From positions 2,418,001 to 2,482,000 of the forward strand of contig JAQOWU010000008.1 in the NCBI GenBank assembly GCA_030867685.1: 64,000 nucleotides of DNA. Reading direction: 5' to 3'. Below, in pieces: positions 31,163-41,966 of the stretch. Numbering within the stretch: position 1 is the stretch's first letter; every line of letters begins with the position of its first letter. The position numbers were made by a program, and so were the translations under genes. The stretch is from Wickerhamiella versatilis (Eukaryota). Below the pieces are notes generated by a model. The model made no database searches, was not told the origin of the DNA, and saw only the letters and a list, made by a program, of their open reading frames with translations.

Positions 31163-32848
31163 ATGCTTCGACGTTCGGTGATCACATATGTGGGCCCAAT
31201 ATTTTGTCGTCCCAGTATGCGGATCGTACATGGGCCTTTGTACCTCTCCTTGATCCATACGAGCCACTTCCATAGTGGGCGGCCATTATTAGCCGCTCAA
31301 AACGAGAAGATCAGCACTCCTTCTACAGAAACAGGCAAATCAAGCCTAAAATCTGAGCAGGAGAAGACTGAAAAGTCCGTTGAAACTACGGGAAAGGCGG
31401 CAAAGACGGCTAAGCCAAGTTTGTGGACTAGAATCAAGAAGGAGGCCCATCATTATTGGCAGGGCACTAAGTTGCTCGGATATGAAATCAGAATTTCTTC
31501 GAGACTGGTCTTAAAGTTGGCCACAGGCAGAGAGCTCTCGCGGCGTGAAGACAGACAACTCCGTCGAACCGCTGCCGACTTAGGACGTCTCGTTCCATTT
31601 TCAATGTTCGTGATCGTTCCTTTTGCTGAGCTACTCCTTCCTATTGCATTGAAGATATTTCCAAATATGTTGCCTTCGACTTATGAGTCGAAAAAGTCCA
31701 AGGAATCTAAGCTTCAACGGTTAGGTCAAACCCGTACCAAGGTGTCGGAATTTCTTCGTAAGAGCAAGAATCAAGCGATCATGCCGACATTCCACGATAG
31801 TGAGCAGAAAGAAATATTCAACGATTTCTTCCTCAAGATTCATCGTGGTGAGTTACCCGACCGTAAACACACATTGGCAGTCGCTCGGATGTTCACTGAT
31901 GACATGTTGCTTGATGACCTGTCTCGGCCGCAACTCGCTGCTCTTGCAAGATATATGAACCTGTCGCCGTTTGGAACTAACATGGTATTGCGATACTCTA
32001 TCCGTCACAGAATGAGAATTATCAAACAGGATGACCGCATTATAGATTCTGAGGGTGTGGACTCGCTAAATACACTTGAACTTCAACATGCTTGCCAAAG
32101 CCGTGGGTTCCAGACTCAGGGAGTGAGCACTGGAAGATTGCGTGAAGACCTTGCTAACTGGTTGCAATTGAGGCTTCATGATAGGGTACCATCGGCTCTT
32201 CTCATCCTTAGCTCTGCATTTACTTACGGCAACCATGATCTTGACAGTTTCTATGATGGCGTTCTCAGTGTGCTTTCTTCGCTGCCACCCGAGGTATACC
32301 ACGAGGCTGAGCTCACCGTCGGTGGCAAAGAGGCAACTTATGCGCAACGTCTTGAGGTACTTAAGGAACAGCAGGAGCTCATTCAGGATGAAAACAAGGA
32401 GGAAGAGGCATCTGGAAATGTTATAGGTGTACGTGACAATCTCAATATTGACGATGAGCATGAGAAGCCATCTGTCCCCGACAGCAATTCGGAGAGACCT
32501 GTTGAGCCCACTGAATCAGAAATGGCTGCTAAAGCGGATGAGGAGGCCTATCAGTCTATACCACCTGTGCATGCCACTGAGTCGGAGATGGCCGCTAAAG
32601 CAGATGAGGAAGCATATGAGTCTGCGCCAGAAAAGAACAAAAATGCGGGCATGGCAGCCAAGGCGGATCAACAAGCATCTGCATCTGCTCCAATAGGGAA
32701 TGAAACTGAGTCGGAGATGGCAGCCAAAGCGGATGAGGCGGCATATGAGTCTACAACGACTATAAATGAAACTGAATCGGAGATGGCAGCCAAAGCAGAT
32801 GAGGAGGCCTTTGCAGATAAAGACTCTAAGGGCAGTAAGAAATTTTAG
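31163..32848 (+). CDS. MDM38: LETM1-family mitochondrial inner-membrane protein (Mdm38/Ylh47)
   Basis: HYWQGTKLL, RLVPFSMFVIVPFAELLLP, FPNMLPST and LSRPQL, followed by a C-terminal repeat tail. Confidence 0.9.
   Translation: MLRRSVITYVGPIFCRPSMRIVHGPLYLSLIHTSHFHSGRPLLAAQNEKISTPSTETGKSSLKSEQEKTEKSVETTGKAAKTAKPSLWTRIKKEAHHYWQGTKLLGYEIRISSRLVLKLATGRELSRREDRQLRRTAADLGRLVPFSMFVIVPFAELLLPIALKIFPNMLPSTYESKKSKESKLQRLGQTRTKVSEFLRKSKNQAIMPTFHDSEQKEIFNDFFLKIHRGELPDRKHTLAVARMFTDDMLLDDLSRPQLAALARYMNLSPFGTNMVLRYSIRHRMRIIKQDDRIIDSEGVDSLNTLELQHACQSRGFQTQGVSTGRLREDLANWLQLRLHDRVPSALLILSSAFTYGNHDLDSFYDGVLSVLSSLPPEVYHEAELTVGGKEATYAQRLEVLKEQQELIQDENKEEEASGNVIGVRDNLNIDDEHEKPSVPDSNSERPVEPTESEMAAKADEEAYQSIPPVHATESEMAAKADEEAYESAPEKNKNAGMAAKADQQASASAPIGNETESEMAAKADEAAYESTTTINETESEMAAKADEEAFADKDSKGSKKF
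32510..32812 (+). repeat. Five coding tandem repeats of about 22 aa (about 66 nt), core TESEMAAKADE(E/A)A
   Basis: Copies start at 32510, 32576, about 32640 (degenerate), 32705 and 32771. Confidence 0.9.
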
Positions 32849-33272
32849 TGTATGATACAGGGTTTTAGATTGGAATAAGAAAAGAAATGAAAAGGTAACA
32901 TATCTTGTGAGGTTCGGAGTGCTATCGATAGTGATAAGCGATATGGTATGTGGTACTTTGCAATATAGAACTCACTAAACGTAAAAAACGAACAAATTCC
33001 TACATAGTACTGTGGGAAAAACAGCTCAGATAATTCTGCTGCATTCATAGAAATTTGGACTTTTTTGACAGAACTTATAACGGTTATGTAAAATTCTGAG
33101 GCCCCTCTTGAGTTGTGCTGCATTATCCAGACATAGTAGATAAATGTGCTTAGGTTTGTTCGAGATTGCGAATTCTCAGCTATGTATTTGTTGACTATGT
33201 CGCATCGTTCCACCAAGTAGTCTAGGACAAATTTAATTAGTAACCAGAAGTTCGACGCGAGAACGCGGTTGC

Positions 33273-33788
33273 ATGGACTACTACTCTGTGGACAGCATCC
33301 AAACAGAAGGTGAACTTGTGCCATCAACATTCAATGTCACAGTTCCGGGTCTGGGATTTTTAATTGGAGAAGAGGGCGACATTGAAGCTGGCACCGAGGT
33401 AGAACTACCCTTATGGCTTGCTGTGCCATTAGCCTCCAGCCGTATCTCTTCGGACAGTGATATCGCCTTTATAGACATCGGGGAGCCCAGGGCCTTTGAG
33501 ATGGATGTATTAAATTCTCTGAAGTCGGATCCAAAATCGGTGGACTTACGGGCTTTGAGTCCTGAATTTACGTACCTAGCTTTATATTGGCTCCAGCTGT
33601 TTGCAAGCGAAGAGCTAGCAGTCACCTTGCAAAAGACTATTCAGAGCCGAACTGGTGAAATATTCTCTGCAGCAGCAGCAAAAAGACAAGCGACTGAATC
33701 GCTGATAACCCTTGATGAATATGAGCGTTCTTTGTATAAAATAGCCAGCCTGAGTACGCGTGATGTTTTAGACTTTGACAAGTCCTAA
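33273..33788 (+). CDS. PSF3: GINS complex subunit 3
   Basis: YYSVDSI, ELPLWLA, LKSDPKSVDLR and LDEYERSLY. Confidence 0.88.
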   Translation: MDYYSVDSIQTEGELVPSTFNVTVPGLGFLIGEEGDIEAGTEVELPLWLAVPLASSRISSDSDIAFIDIGEPRAFEMDVLNSLKSDPKSVDLRALSPEFTYLALYWLQLFASEELAVTLQKTIQSRTGEIFSAAAAKRQATESLITLDEYERSLYKIASLSTRDVLDFDKS

Positions 33789-33818
33789 CAGTGAATATTT
33801 AAGCTATATATGTGTCTC

Positions 33819-34244
33819 CTAAACCTTCCCTGTGGACCCGAACCCACCAGAGGATCTCGTGGTATCATCCAGAGAGTCGACGACAGTGATATCTCCCGTC
33901 CAAATTTTCTCCACAACTAACTGGGCAATTCGTTCCCCCTCTGAGATCGTGTAATCTTCATCACTATTGTTGAACAAGACCACACCGAGTTCACCCCGAT
34001 AATCAGCATCAACAACTCCGGCACCTGTATCAATACCATGCTTGACAGCAAGTCCACTTCGAGGAGCAACACGGCCATAAGTGCCCTCTGGAAGGGCCAC
34101 AGATATTCCAGTATGAATTACACCACGAGATCGGGCCTTCAACGTAACAGACTCTATAGAATACAGATCATGACCAGCAGAGAGTGATGAGCCACGCGTC
34201 GGTGCTTTGGCCTTAGCGTTTAGAAGAAGAACGCGCAATGACAT
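33819..34244 (-). CDS. DUT1: dUTP pyrophosphatase
   Basis: [28 protein letters not shown] and [13 protein letters not shown] at 34244. Confidence 0.95.
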   Translation of the reverse strand: MSLRVLLLNAKAKAPTRGSSLSAGHDLYSIESVTLKARSRGVIHTGISVALPEGTYGRVAPRSGLAVKHGIDTGAGVVDADYRGELGVVLFNNSDEDYTISEGERIAQLVVEKIWTGDITVVDSLDDTTRSSGGFGSTGKV

Positions 34245-34345
34245 GATAATTAATGTTACGCGACACCAATACCTCGAGAATCTTACCAACCAAATTGAAT
34301 ATCACATGACCGAGTACCCTTACCCCAACCAACACCCTCCCACTC

Positions 34346-34356
34346 AAAATTTTTCA
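34346..34356. promoter_or_regulatory. RRPE-like element upstream of SSB1
   Basis: AAAATTTTTCA, the reverse complement of TGAAAAATTTT, about 35 nt before the ATG. Confidence 0.5.
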
Positions 34357-34389
34357 GCAAGAAAAACTAATCTTCTTGTAAAAAAAAAT

Positions 34390-34989
34390 ATGGCGACCGC
34401 AGGAGAGGGCACCTACGCTGGCGCGATCGGTATCGACTTGGGTACCACATATTCATGTGTTGCTACCTATGAAAATAGCGTAGAGATTATCGCCAACGAG
34501 CAGGGTAACCGTGTTACCCCCTCGTTCGTTGCATTCACTGACAAGGAGCGTTTGATTGGTGATGCTGCCAAGAACCAAGCTGCTTTGAACCCAAAGAACA
34601 CCGTCTTCGACGCTAAGCGTCTCATCGGTCGTCGTTACGATGACCCCAGTGTTCAGAAGGATATCAAGAGCTGGCCTTTCAAGGTTATTGATTCCAATGG
34701 CAGCCCATTGATCGAGGTAACTTACTTGGGTGAGCAGAAGACTTTCACCGCTCAGGAGATCAGCTCCATGGTTCTGACCAAGATGAAGGAGATCGCTGAG
34801 GCCAAGCTCGGCCAGAAGGTTGAGAAGGCAGTTGTCACTGTCCCCGCCTACTTCAACGATCCTCAGCGTCAGGCCACTAAGGATGCTGGTTCCATCGCTG
34901 GTTTGAACGTCCTTCGTATCATCAACGAGCCAACCGCGGCTGCCATTGCCTACGGTCTTGGTGCCGGCAAGACTGAGGAGGAAAAGAAT

Positions 34990-35027
<38 letters not shown>

Positions 35028-36243
35028 TTCATTGTTGCAGATCCAGGGTGGTGTCTTCACCGTCAAGTCTACTGCTGGTGACACCCACCTTGGTGGACAG
35101 GACTTCGACACCAACCTCTTGAACTACTTCCAGGAGGACTTCAAGAAGAAGACTGGCATCGACATCAGCGGTGATGCCCGTGCTCTTCGTCGTCTCCGTA
35201 CTGCTGCCGAGCGTGCTAAGCGTACCCTTTCTTCGGGTACTCAAGTCCCAGTTGAGGTTGACTCTCTTGCTGAGGGTCAGGACTTCAGCCAGACCTTGAC
35301 CCGTGCTCGTTTCGAAGCTCTTAACGACAAGCTTTTCAAGAGCACTCTTGAGCCAGTTACTAAGGTTCTTGCTGATGCTTCTGTCGACAAATCTAAGGTT
35401 GACGAGGTCGTCTTGGTTGGTGGATCCACCCGTATCCCCAAGATCCAAAAGCTGCTCTCTGACTTCTTCGATGGTAAGAAGCTCGAGAAGAGTATCAACC
35501 CTGATGAGGCTGTCGCATACGGTGCCGCTGTTCAGGGTGCTATCTTGACTGGCCAGGCCACCGAGGATGCCCAGGACATTCTGCTTCTTGATGTTTGCCC
35601 CTTGTCCCTTGGTGTTGCCATGGAGGGCAACATTTTCGCACCTGTTGTTCCTCGTAACACCACTGTGCCAACTCTTAAGCGTCGTACCTTCACTACTGTT
35701 GCTGACCACCAGACAACTGTGCAGTTCCCTGTCTACCAGGGTGAGCGTACCAACTGCACTGAGAACAGCTTGCTCGGTGAGTTCGACCTCAACGGCATTC
35801 CTCCCCTTCGCGCTGGCGAGCCAGTGCTTGAGGCTATCTTCGAGGTTGATGCCAACGGCATCTTGAAGGTCACTGCTGTAGAGAAGAGCACTGGACGTTC
35901 TGCCAACATCACTATCTCCAACGCTGTTGGTAAGCTTTCTAACGAAGATATCGACAAGATGATCAATGATGCCGAGCAGTTCAAGGCCCAGGATCAGGCC
36001 TTCGCCAAGCGTCACGAGTCTAAGCAGCATCTTGAGTCGTACATCCAGAGCATTGAAGCTTCCATCACCGACCCAGCTGTTGCTACTAAGCTCAAGCGTT
36101 CCTCTCAGGAGCGGGTCGAGGCTGCCCTTGCTGATGCTATGGCCGCTCTTGAGGTCAAAGATGCCCCTGCTGATGATCTTCGCAAGGCTGAAGTTAACCT
36201 GAAGCGTGTTGTCACCAAGGCATTCGCCTCCCGTCGTCAGTAA
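34390..36243 (+). CDS. SSB1: Ribosome-associated Hsp70 (Ssb type)
   Basis: [26 protein letters not shown] and C-terminus LKRVVTKA with no EEVD; strong codon bias; ATG at 34390. Confidence 0.96.
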
Positions 36244-36328
36244 GTCGTTTCCTTAAAACCACACTAAGCCCTCATGTAACTTAATCTGGGTTATTTTCTA
36301 TATGCCTTAAGCACTACTAAGGACTATA

Positions 36329-38953
36329 TTACATCCAATTCAGATCCATGGCATTGTCGAGATCGGCAAGGTCAACCGACTGGGCATCAAGATCCATATC
36401 ATAGCCGAGATCGTCGAGGGCAGAATTTGGATTTGCCCCCATTTCAGTGCCATTTGGATCCTTTGACGAATTAATATTTCCCTCTGGTTCGATGTCCATA
36501 GGCTCTGGATTTTGCTCCCCTTCTTTTGACGGCCCTAGGCCTGGGGCAATAGCATTGTTATCACTTATAGCTTTTAGTTTTTCGTAAAATGCCAGTGCCA
36601 CCGCACCAATCTCAAACTCACCTTTGCAATTGATCAAGGCATCTGCATTGTCGTAACAGCTGATACTTATGATCACCGTAACGGCGATAGCAACTTTATT
36701 GAAATTTCCCGGACAACAGCTTTCTATAATCTGGCGCAGACTCCCAGGTCCTATTGTCCTTGCTGCCAATCGTAGCACAGCACTGTTAACCATTGGAGCC
36801 CCAACAGGACGCGATTGCCAAACAGTGAGCTCCTTCAAAGCTCCCTTTACCGCCTCAACAATACTGCCGGTAAAAGGGCTATGATTGGCTAGCGACGGGT
36901 AAAGGCTAGTCGGAAGCTGTGTAGAAAGTTGTACAAGAGATTGGTGGATTATACGGCCACTTTGCGAGTCTGGGTGCGCCAATCGTATAATTTCACGTAG
37001 CCGATTCCCAGCGCTGAGCTTAGCTACTGTCGTGTGGTCGTCTTTCGCTTGAAGGAGTGCAGTGATTAGAATATGGGTCATTTCAAGCACGGCATCAACA
37101 TGCACAGCATGAATTATCTCGTTCTTCAAAATCTGCAGTATTACAGGTCCCAGGAGGGGCAGAAAGAGTGGTTTCACGAAATTCTCAAGTCCAGAACGTA
37201 ATGTATCACGATCGATAACCGCAGAGCGATAAGCCACAGCAGACTGCTGTAGCAACGCCGGAAGTATACGAAATAGCTCATTAGCAGGTCTTAAAAGCCC
37301 ATCACTGATACCGTTTCCGCCGAACAAACCTTCGATCCAGTCACCCAAAAGTTTGTTCTCGGATGGATTGAGGTCTCCAGACGAAATTTGGTTTCTGTGG
37401 GCGAGAGCTTCCGCTGCCCAACCCGTATAATTATCAAGCTGTTCGCGGTATCTTTGTGCCATTGTTTCCGCGAAGATTAGCATGACTCCGATATCAACGT
37501 AGACACTACCATCATTTAAAGATGGTTTTTGCTTAGAGGCTATGTCACAGTGACAGAATATTGCGTGCAAAAAATGATGTAAAGGTGCGTTCACGAATAT
37601 CAAATCCGCATGCTCGCTTTCTGTAATAAGTGCATAACAAAGTAAGCTAAGAGGATGTATTGACTTTGACGGAGTTTGAGCGAATTTCAAGAGATGCTGT
37701 GATACTGCACGTAATGATCTGGGTCCTAGCTCCGGTAAATGCTTTACAATTTGGGCAGCGAAGCTACTTTGCCCGAAGCGTTGGTTCGGAGAGCTCAATG
37801 CCGTAGCAAGTGAGTCGATTGGCAGGTCATTTAGCACAGTAACGCCATTATCTATGCGCGGAACGTGCGACTTATGAAGGACATGAAGGACCGTAGGATC
37901 ACACAGCCCGATGTCAACACATGCTCTCCCAAACTCTGTACGGATGTCGCTACCAAAGCCATCAACGACCTGTGACAAGGTTTTATCCATTGTTGTGAAT
38001 ACACGAGCCAAAGTTCCGTCGATATTAGTTCCTACCAATCTTTCAAGAAGAATTGGTAAACGGCGGGTAATGAAAGCGGCGAGGAAATGTCTTCGGTCAC
38101 GCCTATCAGCCTGTTGTTGTTGATAAATCTCCTCTGCAGCTTGTACAGCCGGAGGCTGCTGCTGTTCTTGAATACAACTTGCAAATACATCAAATGCAGT
38201 TACGCACAGTTCGTACGCAACAACTTGGGGTAGATCTCCTGGCCAAAGCAGTTCTACCATGCTCTTCATCGCCTCATCCGAGGTACCAAGACCACTGGCC
38301 GTAGCAACCCAGTCTAACCATAGTAATCTGAATGTTCTGCTGGGGCGATAACTCTCAGTAACTTGGGAAGTAGTTGGTACCGCAATATCTCTTTCGGGAG
38401 CTTTACCATCGACTAAGTCCTGGAAAGAGACCTCAAAATTCGGGAATATGCTGGGGTTATACTTTATAGCTTCTTTTAATTTCATGATCCATGATGAAGA
38501 CGGGTTGCATCGCACAACTTGGCTAGCAAGCCCACATTGACCCATTTTGGTCAGTAGAAATCGCAATTCTACACATCCATCCAAAGATTGAGTTACCAGA
38601 CTATCAAAAATGGGATCTAGTTCTTCGCTTGAGGGTTTAAGCTGCCATAGCTGTACACCACGCGCAATATATGCGATTAAGCCGCGCTCCTCATCTGCCC
38701 TATCTTTCCAGTTCTGGGAAGCCCAGCGCTGAAGCAGGGACAAAGCAGGTACTATAGAATTCGGATTACAGCTCAACACCAAGACATATTCCATAAGAAG
38801 CGGGGAATAGGGATGGGCAATCGTGTAATCTATTAGAGCCTCGCTATGATCTTCGAATAGGTCTGTAGAGTCACTCAGCTGATTGCATAGTCTTAAGAAT
38901 ACTTCTGGAGGCCACTGGCGGCTTATGGATATTTCGCATAGATCGAGAAGCAT
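36329..38953 (-). CDS. NUT1: Mediator subunit Med5
   Basis: LGDWIEGLFGGNGISDGLLR, LRSGLENF..P and an acidic tail. The likely start is 38953; the ORF extends to 39076. Confidence 0.75.
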   Translation of the reverse strand: MLLDLCEISISRQWPPEVFLRLCNQLSDSTDLFEDHSEALIDYTIAHPYSPLLMEYVLVLSCNPNSIVPALSLLQRWASQNWKDRADEERGLIAYIARGVQLWQLKPSSEELDPIFDSLVTQSLDGCVELRFLLTKMGQCGLASQVVRCNPSSSWIMKLKEAIKYNPSIFPNFEVSFQDLVDGKAPERDIAVPTTSQVTESYRPSRTFRLLWLDWVATASGLGTSDEAMKSMVELLWPGDLPQVVAYELCVTAFDVFASCIQEQQQPPAVQAAEEIYQQQQADRRDRRHFLAAFITRRLPILLERLVGTNIDGTLARVFTTMDKTLSQVVDGFGSDIRTEFGRACVDIGLCDPTVLHVLHKSHVPRIDNGVTVLNDLPIDSLATALSSPNQRFGQSSFAAQIVKHLPELGPRSLRAVSQHLLKFAQTPSKSIHPLSLLCYALITESEHADLIFVNAPLHHFLHAIFCHCDIASKQKPSLNDGSVYVDIGVMLIFAETMAQRYREQLDNYTGWAAEALAHRNQISSGDLNPSENKLLGDWIEGLFGGNGISDGLLRPANELFRILPALLQQSAVAYRSAVIDRDTLRSGLENFVKPLFLPLLGPVILQILKNEIIHAVHVDAVLEMTHILITALLQAKDDHTTVAKLSAGNRLREIIRLAHPDSQSGRIIHQSLVQLSTQLPTSLYPSLANHSPFTGSIVEAVKGALKELTVWQSRPVGAPMVNSAVLRLAARTIGPGSLRQIIESCCPGNFNKVAIAVTVIISISCYDNADALINCKGEFEIGAVALAFYEKLKAISDNNAIAPGLGPSKEGEQNPEPMDIEPEGNINSSKDPNGTEMGANPNSALDDLGYDMDLDAQSVDLADLDNAMDLNWM

Positions 38954-39347
38954 GCCACCGGGCCCAGGTGGGACAGGTATGTCAGACTGACAGATACTCG
39001 TCACAAACGCTATTCCAACAACTATATGTACTAAAAAGAGACAATCTAGGCTGATTTCCATATTATTATATGGCATATAATGCTAGATAATCCAACAAGA
39101 ACCTTCTCTTTTTTTCATACTCCACCATATAAAGAGTAAAAAAGTTAGTACCAAGCAAATAATCATGTGATTGTACTTTTCAGCTCATAATTTGGGAAAC
39201 CTTGAATATCGTTTGTTTCTAATTTTTTTTTGACTAGCACCTACTAGTTCAAGCATCTGAAAACAGATACCGAATATGTCACGTGGTTGAAAATTCTATA
39301 ATACTGTTGTCAGCACTAAAGAAAAATCCTTCCATCCTGCATATATC

Positions 39348-39854
39348 ATGTTGATTTACAAGGACGTTATTTCTGGCGACGAGCTTCTCTCTAGTGCTTT
39401 CGATGTTAAGGAGGTCGATGGCGCAGTCTATGAGGTTGATGCTGCCATGATCAATGTGAAGCCAGGTGCTGATGTCGACATCGGCGCGAACCCCTCGGCA
39501 GAGGGCGGCGGTGACGACTACTCTGAGGACACCATCCAGGTTAATAACGTAGTATTTAACTCTCGTCTTCAGGAGACTTCATTTGACAAGAAGTCTTACA
39601 TGGCCTACATCAAGGGCTACATGAAGCGTGTGAAGACCTACCTCCAAGAGAATGATCCTGACCAGGTTGCTGCGTTCGAGAAGGGGGCAACTACATATAT
39701 CAAGAAGGTTATTGGCAGCTTCAAGGACTTCGAGTTCTTCACTGGTGAGTCAATGGACCCCGATGGAATGGTTGTCTTGCTCAACTGGCGTGAGGATGGT
39801 ACTACACCCTACCTCATTTTCTGGAAGCACGGCCTCAAGATTGAAAAGGTGTAA
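39348..39854 (+). CDS. TMA19: Translationally controlled tumour protein homologue
   Basis: MLIYKDVISGDELLS, IGANPSAE, FFTGESMDPDG and WKHGL. Confidence 0.96.
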   Translation: MLIYKDVISGDELLSSAFDVKEVDGAVYEVDAAMINVKPGADVDIGANPSAEGGGDDYSEDTIQVNNVVFNSRLQETSFDKKSYMAYIKGYMKRVKTYLQENDPDQVAAFEKGATTYIKKVIGSFKDFEFFTGESMDPDGMVVLLNWREDGTTPYLIFWKHGLKIEKV

Positions 39855-40045
39855 GCTTCATAATAAAAATCAGTAGCAATCTACTCGTGAGACTGTCATA
39901 GGATTCTTATAAGAAGACTTTTTTTTTAAAGAATAGTATTAAAACCAAGCGGATTCCAAGATTTATTTTACCGCGAACAACCCACGCTTTGCTCTCTATA
40001 AAGTTGCCGGCACAAAAATAGGTAGAATGGTTGCGGTTAATTCAT

Positions 40046-40624
40046 TCACCGGGCATTAGCATTCGAAATACGGTTTGTTTCATTGGAATAGAGTTCATAT
40101 GGCGACAAAAAGCTTTCCCAGCTTTTTGTACGTGGATACTCCTTTTCCAAAACATCTGGTGAACGTAGAATACCAACCTCAACTACCCGTCTATCGTCTA
40201 CCTTGACTGTTGAAACACTGATGCGTGAATCTGCCACTAGAGGGCTAATGGGCTTTATTTCAGAATCAGGAGTTTCCTGATAGTATACTGCACCTACAAC
40301 GGTACCAGTTGGGTAATAGAGCTTGCCATCGTCTGTATATATTTGGTGTCGCGCTAACCGAAAACAGTGTCTACCCTCTTCCACACAGTGAGTTGTATTG
40401 AATACTTGACTTTGTTCGGCTATCACAAACTCACTTTTCAGTTGGCCATATTTACATTCTTTTAAAACCAATTCAGGAGAATCCAAGAGAGCTCGAGCTG
40501 GTCTCCTATGCTGGAGTCGGATGCCGGTAAACCGATGCTCACCTAGGATGCATGCCGGATTTGTTTCCTTTACTTTTCTACAAAGCAGAGTTGTAGCTAG
40601 ACATAGCACAATTATGATTTTCAT
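40046..40624 (-). CDS. Hypothetical protein with a possible signal peptide (192 aa)
   Basis: An ATG-started ORF that fills the gap, with a hydrophobic N-terminus; no family recognised. Confidence 0.55.
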   Translation of the reverse strand: MKIIIVLCLATTLLCRKVKETNPACILGEHRFTGIRLQHRRPARALLDSPELVLKECKYGQLKSEFVIAEQSQVFNTTHCVEEGRHCFRLARHQIYTDDGKLYYPTGTVVGAVYYQETPDSEIKPISPLVADSRISVSTVKVDDRRVVEVGILRSPDVLEKEYPRTKSWESFLSPYELYSNETNRISNANAR

Positions 40625-40709
40625 TTAATCACTGCAATGCGCGTCAGACGACAAGAACCACACTGAACCCCTTACCCAACATTACCAAGACTTTGTCGCC
40701 ACGGCATAT

Positions 40710-41633
40710 ATGGGATGGGAACCGACCCAGGACGGTGGGTTCTGGCGATTTGAAAGTGATTCTGATGGGTTTTCATTCCTTGTAACAAATCTCGTTGATG
40801 TTTGGGCTGACACTCTTAAGCGCTCTGATATTGTGGTACGAGGCCAAGAAATTGGATGCATTGTGGATCTATATGATGGCTTTGAGCCCTTCTGCGGTCA
40901 AATTGTGACCCTTCTACGTGAATGCCACCTAAAATGTTCCAGTGAGCGCGTGATGCTCTCAGAAAATACACCGTTGGGTACTGTTCGATGGGAGTTCCGT
41001 CCACAGATTATGCCAAGGATTTTCGCTATCAACTTGATTCGAGGCATGATTTTTGATGCCATAAAAATGGCAGAATGTCTCAGAAGTGAATTAAGCGATA
41101 CTCGAAGAGCGTTATCTGAACGAGAGTTTCATATACGCAATATGGATGAGGCAATTGTAGCCTGTGCTCCAAGCTACGAGCCCCAGGCATTTCTAGACGC
41201 CTACGAAAGCAGTCTTCATCGACCAAGCGAATACCATTGCATGGAATCCATTCAATGGCCTCCTCTGCAGGCAGTAGAGGCCGAAGTTTTGCCTTATCCT
41301 TACTCTGCAGTTAAACAGAACTCGTATAAACTCTATGGTGCCAAATCTACCTCTAGAGATGCAAATCACGATCCACCAGAGGAGCGAATACTCTCTCCAG
41401 TCGAAAAGTCGATGAAAATTGAAGATAGTGAACTGATAGGACGGTATGCACCGCAAGATGCTTACAACAGACCTTCTCAAGGTAGTGGTACTACAACAGA
41501 CGGGGAAGTAGAGAATGTTAATGAAGAATCATTTGCGAAGGAAAAAACGCCACAATCTAATCCGCCAAATGAGGAACATAAATCCCAGCTAGATACGATA
41601 ATAAAAGCACCAAAGCGATCTAAGTGGTCGTGA
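40710..41633 (+). CDS. XLF/Nej1-like non-homologous end-joining factor
   Basis: FLVTNLVDVWADTL head motif, WEF, a coiled coil and a basic C-terminal tail (KAPKRSKW). Confidence 0.65.
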   Translation: MGWEPTQDGGFWRFESDSDGFSFLVTNLVDVWADTLKRSDIVVRGQEIGCIVDLYDGFEPFCGQIVTLLRECHLKCSSERVMLSENTPLGTVRWEFRPQIMPRIFAINLIRGMIFDAIKMAECLRSELSDTRRALSEREFHIRNMDEAIVACAPSYEPQAFLDAYESSLHRPSEYHCMESIQWPPLQAVEAEVLPYPYSAVKQNSYKLYGAKSTSRDANHDPPEERILSPVEKSMKIEDSELIGRYAPQDAYNRPSQGSGTTTDGEVENVNEESFAKEKTPQSNPPNEEHKSQLDTIIKAPKRSKWS

Positions 41634-41966
41634 TATTAAGAAAAATAATTATGCCTGCCCACCCTCAAAACTTTTGTTTTTGAATTATACGACTCGTGAG
41701 CGTGTGATGTTAGGGTTCGTTTATGCTTTAGTAGGTAATATAAGCATGCGGGCAATTTTATGAGAATAAAAGCTCCAAGCATACTTGATACCAGTGGACT
41801 ACGAATTTTCCAATATTAAATAGCAAATATATCTGATAACCATGCCAAAAAGCGATTTAGCAAGGGTCCAAAATGACTCATGTGTACTTTTACTTACGTT
41901 ATCGAGAATAAAGTATATAAACGGAATGTCAGATTCATCCCAGGAAAATTTTCCAGTTTCAGACTT

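Noticed and set aside
32845-33330. 161-aa minus-strand ORF between MDM38 and PSF3
   Set aside because: It is AT-rich, has non-protein-like composition and overlaps both neighbours.
35029-36030. 333-aa ORF antisense to SSB1
   Set aside because: Long antisense frames are a well-known by-product of codon bias in Hsp70 genes; there is no independent coding signal.
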